A stretch of DNA of 32,546 bases from Mesotaenium endlicherianum (taxonomy: Eukaryota). This document shows, one piece after another, positions 20,381 through 30,166 of the stretch (position 1 is its first letter; each line of letters starts with the position of its first letter). The stretch spans positions 566,882-599,427 of the forward strand of contig WELA01003597.1 of the NCBI GenBank assembly GCA_009602735.1. The letters are read 5' to 3'. Under the pieces are notes generated by a model. It saw only the letters and a program-made list of their open reading frames with translations. It had not been told where the DNA came from and made no database searches. The position numbers and the translations under genes were made by a program.

Positions 20381-23300
20381 TCATCCCCTCCTCAAGATGC
20401 GACGTCCTCGATGCATTCTGCAAATAACGTCTCAACTTACTCTTACAATGAGTCAAGTTGGCTTCTGGCTCCGAAGTGTTGTCGTCCGCATGGTAGCCCT
20501 TCCACTTGACCAGATACTCTTGAACAAGTTGTTGACCTCGCTTGACTCGTTGATCGTCGACAATCGCCTCCACTTCAAACTTTAATACATCATCAATCTC
20601 GACCGGTGGTGGCGGTGTAGGTAGTCGTCCTGGATGTCCTTCATTTGGGTCAACGTATGGCCGCAAACAACTGACATGGAACAATTCATGGATACGCCAG
20701 CCTGAAGGAAGCTCCAACTTGTAGGTCACTGGATTCACCTGCTTGAGCACCACAAAGAAACCTGTAAACCGTGCCTGCAATTTCCTCTTGCCTATGAAAT
20801 GTAGATTTTATGTCCACAAAAATACTTTGTCACCCACATGGTATGTCACTTCCCTCCTGTGCTTGTTGGCATACTTGACCTGTTCCTCCTATGCCTTCCG
20901 AATACACGTCTTCGCCATATCCCAAGTCTTGGCCATGTGCTCCATAAAATCTTGTGTAGGAGGAACTTAAGTCTCCTTGGCCTTCTCCAACAAGATGTTC
21001 CCTGGATGATATACTTCTCTTTCATAAACCATAGTGAATGGTGACTGCTTGGTCGATCCCTGCATGCTGTTGTTGTAGGCAAACTCCAATCCTAGCAGCT
21101 TCTTGTCCCACTCTGAAAGGGTCCTCCATAGTGAAACTCCTGAGCACCTCTTGCAAAGTTCTGTTGAGCCTCTCAATCTGCTCGTCTGTCTGAGGGTGAT
21201 AGGAAGTGCTCATACTCAGCTTGGTCCCCATCAAAGTAAACAATGACCGCCAAAAGTTGCTAGTAAACCGCGGATCCCGGTCTGAAACAATCACCTTCGG
21301 CAACCTATGTAGCTTGAAAATATGATCAAAGAATAGCCGTGCCACATCTGTTGTCGTACAAGTCTCCTTCATGGGAATGAAGTGAGCCATCTTGCTGAGT
21401 TTATCAGACACAACCCATACTGCATGGTGCCCTTGACCACTCAATGGTAAAGAGGTGATGAAGTCCATAGCAATCTGCTCCCAAAGATACTCTGGAATAG
21501 GCAGGGGCTGCAATGTACCTCCCTTCTTTTGATTTGGTGTTTTGTTACGCTGGCACGCATCGCAACTCTTGATCCACTCCTCAATATCCTTGTCCATATT
21601 TCTCCAATAGTACTCCCGCTTCAGCACGCTTGCCGTCTTCTCGCTTCCAAAGTATCCAGCATATAAGCAATCATGATGCTCCGCAAGTAGTAAGTCTCGT
21701 AGCTCCTTGATGTCAGGTATGACCACTCTCTTGGAATCACTATAGTACCATATGCCGTCCTTCTTCTGCATACTCGAGTTGGACTCAGCTGCTCCACAAT
21801 CAGCAAACTCTGGGTCCTCCTCATAACCTCTATGAAGCTTCTCCTTGAAGTTCATAGTCTCCTTGACGACTGAGACAGCTGCAAGGTCACACCTCCTGGA
21901 TAAAGCGTCTGCAGGGTTGATCTTCCTAGGTAAGTACTCAACCTTGTGGTGAAACTATTGCAGAAACTCTATCCACCTTGCTTGTCTTGGTGTGAATGTT
22001 GGCTGCGTCAAAAACTTCTCCAAGCTCTTGTGGTCGGTCTGATGAACACCTTCCGGCCGTCCACATAACATCGCCAAATCCTCAAAGCCTGGATAATAGC
22101 CAACATCTCTCGCTCGTGTGCTACATAGTTTTGCTCAGCAGGACTCAACTTCCTGCTTGTATATGCCATTGGTTGCAATCCTTTGCCCTGGTCCTGGAGA
22201 AGAATGGCTCCCACTGCGAAGTTTGATGAGTCCGTGATGATGGTGAAAGGAAGCTCTGGACTTGCAATTGCCAACACAGGTGCCTGTGTCAACAGCTCTT
22301 TAATCTTCTCAAAAGCTTGTTGCTCCTTGTCACTCCATAGGCACTTCTCCTGCTTCTTCAACATGTCCGTGAGCGGTGCACACACCTTGGCAACTCTTTC
22401 AATGAAACGTCAATAATAGTTTGCCATATCGAGGAAGCTCCTGAGTTGATGAATATCAGCAGATACGGGCCAATCTCTGATTGCTTGCTCCTTCTTCTGC
22501 TCCACCTTGATTCCTTCAACTCCCACTATATGTCCAAGAAACTCAACTTCCTTGAGACAAAAGTTGCACTCGCTCATCTTCCCATACAGCTTCTGATCTC
22601 TCAAGAACTCCAACACCTTCCTCAGATGCTCCACATGCGCTTCCAAGGTCTTCAAAAAGATCAGGATGTCGTCCAAAAATACCACCACAAACTGGTCCAA
22701 ATAGAGTCTGAAGATACTATTCATGAGTCCCATGAATGTAGTAGGTGCATTAGTCAACCCAAAAGGCATAACTGTGAACTCAAATAAACCATAGCGAGTC
22801 CTCAAAGCAGTCTCCTTCCGCAATCCGTACCTGATGATAGCCACTCCTCAAATTGATCTTCGAGAAATACTTTGCCTCGACAAGCCTGTCAATTAACTCG
22901 TCCACTCGTGGAAGTGGGTACCTGTTCTTGATGGTGACCTTGTTGAGTGCCCGGTAGTCGACACACATCCTCATAGTCCCATCCTTCTTCTTCACAAATA
23001 AGACTGACGCTGCAAATGGAGACTCGCTGGGTCGGATGAATCCCTTCTCCAATAACTCTGTCAGCTGCTTCTTCAACTCCTCCAACTCCGCAAACAATTG
23101 ACAATAGGCGAGTCTCACTGGTAGCTTGCTCCCTGGTTCCAACTAAATCTTGTGCTCCATAGCTCTCTGTGGAGGTAATCCTGCAGGTAGCTCCTCAGGA
23201 AACACGCACTTGAACTCCTGCCTTAATTTGGGCAGGCAACTCAGCAGGTTTCTTCTCTTGAGCAGTTGGGCTCTGCTCCTTCTGAGCAAGGGGATCAAAC

Positions 23301-23960
23301 ACCACTACTTGCTCCTCCGGCAATGTACAATCGCCCAGGTTATTAGGATTCACGCTTGCTCCGTCTGATGACCTGGCCAGGGCCACCGAAACAAGGTACA
23401 TCTCCTTCACCTGATTTGCCCCGCATAGCTTCTTAACTTGTAGGCTTGATAGAAGACAGTTACTTGTGGTCGTATCTACCTCCACCTGTTTCGCTGTCTC
23501 CACTTGACCATCACGCCCTTGGACCTTCACTTGTCATGTGCTCCAGTGCACTTGAGAGTTGGCTTTTCTTAGCCATGGTCGGCCCAATATCACCTCATGG
23601 TGATCCAACTCTGCCTGCTCCATAACTTCCTTACTCCGGTGCCCCGCTACTTCCACGTGTATAGCTTTCGTAGGTGCACCACACTTAAGTCTCTGCCCAT
23701 TCGCCAAAACTGCCTCCTTAGGCTCATAATGCTTTTGCACAGGGATTCGCCACTCTTTCACCAGCTTCTTGTGCACAAAGTTTGCACTTGCGCCACTGTC
23801 GACCATACACTTCGCCTTGTTGGCGTTGACCACTCCTTCCACGATGATAGGCTTGTCAACATCTCGTCTTTCGCTTCTCGGCAGGCTCCTGGGGATAACC
23901 TCCTTGTGAGTTCTCGTCTTCACGCCAGTAGACACCCCAAAACGACTTACTGGCGTCTTC
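20376..23960 (-). pseudogene. pol: pol of element A (PR, RT, RNase H, integrase, chromodomain) with stops and frameshifts
   Basis: [54 protein letters not shown]...SCDACQR; IAMDFI, VSDRDPRF, YHPQTD; FEVEAIVD...YLVKWKGY...EPEANL. Confidence 0.95.
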
Positions 23961-24571
23961 CTTTTTCCTGCTATTGAGGTTGCTTTGCCTTCACATAGCA
24001 GTCTCGAGCCAGATGTCCAAGCTTGCCGCAATTATAGCAGGGTCCTCTCGGCTTGAGATTCTGCTGCCTGCGCTGGTACTGCACAAGTCCCAACTCCATA
24101 GGTACTGGGCCTTGTCCACTCGTGCTTGGCGCTTGAGATCCAAAGTGTCGATATCCTCCAAAGTTGTGGCTGCCCCACTGCCTCTGACTATACTCCACAG
24201 CGTCGACCCTTGTTGCCAATGCCATCATTTCTCCAAGACTGGTAGGGTTCTTGAGCGCCACTTCCTTGGCCACAGTTGGCTTGAGTCCCCTCTTGAACTT
24301 GTCCATCATCTCCGACTCGTGCATGGATGGACATTGAAGCACCTGCTCGTGGAAGCGCAATACATACTCCTGAACGCTTCCTTGTTGACGAAGGCGCACC
24401 AATAGATCTCAAGCAGTAGCCTTGAGTGCAATAGGCTGAAAATGCGTTTGCCATCTGTCTCAACATCGCCTGCACCTCTTGTTGCTCCCTTGACAAAGGT
24501 GGTGCCGTCTGCTCCACGCGCTCAACATGCTCGACATGTTCGCCTCCTCCAGGTGCCGACCGAGACTCCAT
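23956..24571 (-). pseudogene. gag: gag of element A, internally deleted
   Basis: LRQQGSVQEY..F, F..GLK, GPVPMELG and CYNCGKLGHLARDC. The N-terminal capsid segment is absent near 24440. Confidence 0.9.
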
Positions 24572-24608
24572 AATATAATATGCAAACTAGCCCAGCTCCG
24601 ATACCAGA

Positions 24609-25344
24609 TGAAAGGGGCAGAGTGCCCTAGTGGAAGCGTAGTGATTTACGAGGAAAAGAACTAGTTGCAATCATCCTAAAGAGTGCAGCGGCATATCACT
24701 AAGAATGCTCAAGAAAAAACTCAACATTTTGAGTAGCAAGCAAGTGCTCCCAAATGAAATAGGATAAAAGGCCTCTTCATTACAAACCCGTAGAAATTTA
24801 CAGAAGTAAAAACTGATAAGAAACAAAGAAGTTATGCCTATTTATAATTTTTTGCCTAAGTGTTCCTCTCTAGGAGGAAGCTACGGATTTTCCTAAGTGT
24901 TCGTCAAATCGTCCCTTGCAAAATATTCGTGAGTAAGCCAGATCAATCTCATCTGACGTGTCGGGCCGAATTGACGTCCACATACATGCATCGACATTAC
25001 TAGAATATTCTATCTTAGACGCGCTAGGCTAAACCGAAACTTCTAGGTAAATCAACCTAGTCGGCACTCCGCGTCAGCCAAACTTACGTGAAGGTTCGAG
25101 TTCATTCTAACGGGCCAGATCGCTCGACGCTGTCGGTCAATCCGACGGTCGCGCTCACCGCAAATGAAGGACAACCAACCTCAAAACTAATTAAACTTCG
25201 GGAATCCATAACTCTCTCAATACTTGACCAAATTCAATGAAATTTATATCAAAATGACCACCAAAATGCGATTCACACTACTATACAATCAAAACATACT
25301 TTTATAAAAGTCAAAAATGCACTTTATAAACCTATGACCTTACA
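24609..25344 (-). repeat. 5' LTR of element A
   Basis: TG...CA termini, adjacent PBS, flanked by TSD ATCCA. Confidence 0.95.
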
Positions 25345-26360
25345 ATCCAAGTACTTGACACCATCATTATTTTTCATTGTTTTTACAAGTCATAAAATTT
25401 TATCTTCCACAGATTACCAAGTTGCTTCAATTCAGTATTACACATGGTATTATGCTTAGTTTGTGTTGAAGTAAAGTGCAAGCTATATGTTGATGAGAAG
25501 AAGAAGTGATGGAATATTTATAATTAATTGAATACTCTACTGGTAGTCAATCGCGACAAGCTTCACATTTAGCATGGTGGTTGACCTTACCTTGCATATT
25601 TTTATAGATACCAATACTTGAGTGTAACCAATAACATAGTACAAACTTCCTGTAACTGATAACAAGTGAATGTATATTCATCTTTGTACACTCATTCTAC
25701 CTTAGACAATGTAAATGTAACAAACTTACAAATCACATAACTTTGCCTTTTGCAGACTTTCACTTGTTCTCCCCTATCTGCCTCATTACTTGGCAGATTA
25801 CTAAGAGACAAGTCATTCGAATATCACTACTCACCATAGAAGACAATTTTTTTTTTAAAAATTCACTTATTGCGTATAAATTAATTATATAAATGAGTAT
25901 GTAAATATTGTAGTCTGTTGATACAGAATGCTTCTGCTACTACTATAGGTCCAATAGAATATGTGTAACATGCAAGTACTTCATTCACAGTCTGTGCATA
26001 ACTAACATAAACACTCTAAATCAAGAATGAAGCCCATTGAAGGTTTAGACAGGAAGTTCTGGGGGTTGAAGTGAGAGAGTGCACCCATAGCAAAATTCTC
26101 TAAGAAAGTAACTTCTCGCCTAAATTGAAATCATAACAAAGTATCACATTTTACTGCTTACTAATGCAAATACTATGAAACAAGATGCATGTGACTAACA
26201 AATGGTTACAAAAATGTAAAAGGGAAGAAGTTTTCTTTTCATTTACACACACAATTATGAGGAATGATTTAAATGGAAAAATATCAAACTGTCGCAAACT
26301 TTAGCACTTAGTGCCTCAAAATTGTCTTGTTGCTGCCTGTATGGACTCAATATAAGCTAC

Positions 26361-28413
26361 TTATGTCTTGCTCTTCTTATTAGGCATCCTGTAAGGTCCC
26401 TCATTCACATGGGGAATCTTCCTATCATTATGGCACATCCCAAAGCAAGGCACAGCACCGAGCGCTACGTTGCAAGACGAGCAATAGTAAGAGGGCCTGA
26501 CCTTCCGACCAGCAGCGCCTTCAGGCCACTTCCTGGACTTGCACACCGCACAAATAGGCCTTGTTCCATCTGGCACCCAGTCAAAAAAGTGCCTAGCCGT
26601 CCACCTTTGCTCCCCTGCCCTTCCTCCATGGCCCGATCGATGCTGCGTGTTCCTCGTGAACTCGTAGTTTGTCATGCCTCTCACAACTTCCAATATAAAG
26701 TTGAACCTGTTGGCGTTAGGATGTGCCATGTCATACAGTATGAATGCATTTGCAAGAGCCCCATCAAACAGCCCCTAGTATAACCTGTGCCACCACTTGA
26801 AGCTGACAGCTCCGTCTTGACAGCATAGTTCCCGCGCAAACACAACTTATAAAATTGGTCCATAGCGTCCTTGTGCCGGTTGAGTGCAGCACTATCTCCG
26901 GGCACTTCAATGAGGTAATAGGGCCATCCTTGTGCCTCCTCTTAACCTCCCTCTCATCCACCCCTACAGCAGTAGACATGAAATGCACAACCTTCTTATC
27001 CTGCCAAACAACTGCAAGCAGATGCGGCTACTCACAAACTGCTGAAAGTACCTTGCTTCACTTCTTTCTCACCAAGCTCCGGTTTGAGTCGCAGCAGCTC
27101 CTTAGGAAAGTTCATTCTGCCTCGTTGACAAGTCCCTGTAGCTCAATGGCCCAGCTCAGCAAGCTTCTCAAGAAGAATAGAAGAAGTGAAGCCTCTATCC
27201 AAAATAAGGCTGTAACTCACACCTTCAGGCAGATTCTTTAGCAACTCCAGAACACAGGTGGTATGCAGACCAACCTGTGTGACTTTGTCATACACATTGA
27301 AGTCATAGCAGTACTAGGAGGTGTTGTCACAAATAGTCCAGACCTCCATCCCAAACTTATAAGGCTTGCTTGCATTATAGACTCTAACAAAACACTGCTT
27401 GTTTCTTGTTGGAAAAGTCTTTTCGCCGACTATGAGGTTCACTTGGAAATTATACCAGTACTGAAACTTCCTTCTAAAAAGATCATTGAAAGAAGAACAC
27501 TGCCAAAGTTTGAATTGACCTAGCATGTATATCTTTGCCACTATTGTCTCTCAAGAGAAAGTATCTTGACGTTGATTGACCAAATGAAGGAAACTGAATA
27601 GGACCAACTGTCTCATATTCCCCCAGTACTGAGTAATCCTAGGCAGAACCCCACAAGGCCATAATAAGACACAGGCCATGCCACAGAACAATGTCGGAGG
27701 CAGTGACTGGCTTCCACACCTTAGCCCTGTTTGCATATGCATATGCATTTGTTTCATCAACAACTCTATGGAACCAGTTCATTGTGACAAACATAGTAAC
27801 AACAGAAAAAGGAGAGAGCTGTTTGAAAGCTCTGCCATTCAAGTTCTGCAGACCTGTAGATGGTGGAGGCACTAGCTTCTCCAGCCAGTCAAATTGCTCA
27901 ACGGGATGCACCTGTCGGAAGGTGTAGTCATCCAAGTTATGCAGCACACTCTCAGGCTCATCAGCTTCATCTAGAGGATTGTTCTCCAGCTCCAAGTCAC
28001 TGTCTGACTCATGTTCCAATGCATCAAAGTCCACAGCTACCTTCCTCCTGTAAGACTTCCTGGCTGCCTTCTTTGCTTCTAACCTTTGCTTTGTCTTTCT
28101 TGATTTATTCTCCTTCTTGGACTCTAGAACACACATACCTATTGCCCTCTGCTTAGAGGGCCTGCCCCTTTTCCTTAGCACCTCCTCCTCCTCCTCCTCC
28201 TCCCCTTCAAAGTCTTCATCATCCTCCTCCTCAGCAAACTCTTCCTCCTCCTCCTCCTCCTCCTCCTCCTCATCCTGCTGCTGTTGCAGAACATCATCAT
28301 CCTGCCTGCCTCTTGATGTGCTTGCTCCTGCCTGTTGTGTTGCTAGCCTTTGAGCTTCAAAATCCTTTTGCTTCTTCAATTACGCCTTGTGATTTACAGC
28401 CAAAGTCTTCAGA
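26361..28413 (-). pseudogene. piggyBac-like (PGBD/DDE_Tnp_1_7) transposase pseudogene; 5' part cut off by element B
   Basis: Fragments in the expected order: VVDETNAYA...WKPVTASDIVLWHGLCLIM; LIVGEK (first Asp mutated to Gly) ...SKPYKFGMEVWTICD; LILDRGFTS...ATGT; WQDKKVVHFMST...CPEIV; DAMDQF; KWWHRLY; C-terminal CAVC...YYCSSCNVAL...PCF..H cysteine-rich domain. Confidence 0.9.
28181..28285. repeat. (TCC)n/(GAG)n microsatellite encoding poly-Glu in the piggyBac-like ORF
   Basis: Runs of TCC at 28181-28203 and 28243-28270, plus CTG repeats. Confidence 0.85.
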
Positions 28414-28915
28414 TGTAGTGATTTGAGTTATAATATACTAGTTGGCATATATTTTAATGCTTTTGAATATATTTGGAGTAGTATTGTGTGGATTCAAGTG
28501 TGAATAGATACTCTAGTGACTTGGTTCTTGTCTTTTGAACCTTCTAAGGCATTTTCGAAGTTAGAGGAAGGACCTAGAAGAACTCCATGTGGCAAAAGTC
28601 AAATGTGCCATTTTTAGGTCAAAAAGACACGTGTACATTATTCTAGAAAGAGCTGGCAAGTTTTGGGATGTGTTGGGTGCCAACACATCAACATACGCCT
28701 TCCTAGAAATTAGTTATGTAGCAAGTATATAAACAAGAGCTAGAACATAGAAAGACATGGGAGAATCACTCTTGTACGTGCCAAATTCAGAAATACATTA
28801 ACTTCCAAGAAGTCATCTCTCTTTCAAGAAGCTACCACTTGTGTTCAAAGATCCTTGTTTTGAATAAATAAAGTATTCTATTTTACTAAGTACTTTATCT
28901 ATCTATTTCACTAAA
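28414..28915 (+). repeat. Putative 5' LTR of element B
   Basis: Starts TGTAGTGA where the piggyBac-like frame stops and ends TCACTAAA (7/8 inverted match) next to the PBS. TATA-like TATATAAA at about 28726. The partner LTR is outside the window. Confidence 0.75.
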
Positions 28916-28952
28916 GTGGTATTGGAGCTAGGCACTTTGGTAGCACAAGAAG

Positions 28953-30152
28953 ATGGCTGATCCTCAAGACCAACAGCAAGCTTTCGAAGGAAGCTCTTCC
29001 TCTCCAAGAGACCCTCCTCCAACGCCGATGGGAGAGCCCACTCAAGAAAATCTGCAACAACAAGAAGCACCACAAGGAGGAGCACCGTCAAATCCCGTTG
29101 TAAGCCTTTCACCCGTGGCAGCCGCTATAGCAAAGTTGACCCCACCACAAGGAGTTCTCGCAAATGAGTGGGCAGCCTTCCTAATGACCGTCCACAACCA
29201 AGTGGGCTTGGCCACCTATGAAGCAACCGTGCAAGCGTCAAGAGAAGCTATGGCTGCCATGGTTGCCCCTATTGCAAGCAACGATCAAAATCCAACCCCG
29301 GCTCAAGCGCCTCCACAAGAGCCAACGAGAGCAAGGAAACTCATCAAGCCCGGCAAACCCGACACTTTCAACCCCGGGAAAGGTGCCAACCTGAATTTAT
29401 GGCTCTACCAAGTGGAGACGTACCTCGCATTCCTTGAAGTACCCGAGGAGGACTACGTTCCCTCTGCCATTACCTTACTTAGAGGAGCAGCAACATCATG
29501 GTGGCGTAACTATCAAGCGGCTATGGCGCACCCCATGCTCGGCCAAGAGCCCCCACCATCATATGCAAGATGGGCACATTTTCGGAAGCAATTTATGCCC
29601 ATTAATGCGGAGAAGATTGCCCGAGGAAAGCTCCACCATCTCAAGCAAACGACGTCCGCTCAAGAGTATACATCGAGATTTCACGCCCTCACTCTCGAGA
29701 TCCCCAACATGTCTTTCGAGGAGAAGATTGACCGCTACATCTTTGGCCTCGAGCCCAAGGTGGCAAAGGAAGTGGAATTACGCGACTTGACGGACTTCTC
29801 AAAGATCATTGAAGTGGCCCAAAAGGTGGATACCTTGAATTTCAAGCACTCCGTGCCTTCATCTTCACGGGTACCGGCGACGCGGCTGTACGCAGCCCCA
29901 TCCACATCCCAATCTGGACCCACATCCATGGAAATCGAGGTTATTAAGAGGGACCCCGCGGCTGCCCGGAAGAGTGGGAGACACTCCAATGACACTTATA
30001 ATGCAAGAAACCAGCAAGGAGTGAAAGCAAGACTCTCCCCGGCTGAAAAAGAAGCTCTCGTGACGGTTGGAATATGCTTTTATTGCAAGGAAAAGGGCCA
30101 TCGTGCACTCTCATGCCCCAAAAAGTTGTCAAAAAACGGACAGCGCCGGTAG
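28953..30152 (+). CDS. gag: Gag of element B (399 aa, open)
   Basis: KPDTF...WL; LLRGAATSWW; LKQTTSAQEY..F; GPTSMEI; CFYCKEKGHRALSC. Confidence 0.93.
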   Translation: MADPQDQQQAFEGSSSSPRDPPPTPMGEPTQENLQQQEAPQGGAPSNPVVSLSPVAAAIAKLTPPQGVLANEWAAFLMTVHNQVGLATYEATVQASREAMAAMVAPIASNDQNPTPAQAPPQEPTRARKLIKPGKPDTFNPGKGANLNLWLYQVETYLAFLEVPEEDYVPSAITLLRGAATSWWRNYQAAMAHPMLGQEPPPSYARWAHFRKQFMPINAEKIARGKLHHLKQTTSAQEYTSRFHALTLEIPNMSFEEKIDRYIFGLEPKVAKEVELRDLTDFSKIIEVAQKVDTLNFKHSVPSSSRVPATRLYAAPSTSQSGPTSMEIEVIKRDPAAARKSGRHSNDTYNARNQQGVKARLSPAEKEALVTVGICFYCKEKGHRALSCPKKLSKNGQRR

Positions 30153-30166
30153 GCCAGGAGCCTACC
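30131..30166 (+). promoter_or_regulatory. -1 programmed ribosomal frameshift signal (gag to pol) of element B
   Basis: A AAA AAC at 30131-30137, in phase with gag codons; pol is in the -1 frame; hairpin GGTAGGC-CAGGA-GCCTACC at 30148-30166. Confidence 0.75.

Larger units (their letters stand above)
19647..25344 (-). mobile_element. Element A: full-length decayed Ty3/gypsy chromovirus, 5698 bp
   Basis: LTRs 19647-20380 and 24609-25344; TSD ATCCA at 19642-19646 and 25345-25349; PBS TGGTATCGGAGC (24595-24606, minus); PPT GAGGAGGGGATGA (20381-20393, minus). Confidence 0.96.

Noticed and set aside
25350..26360. piggyBac terminal inverted repeat with TTAA TSD
   Set aside because: Several TTAA sites are present, but none is followed by a CCC/CCY-type terminus I can support, and the other end is outside the window.
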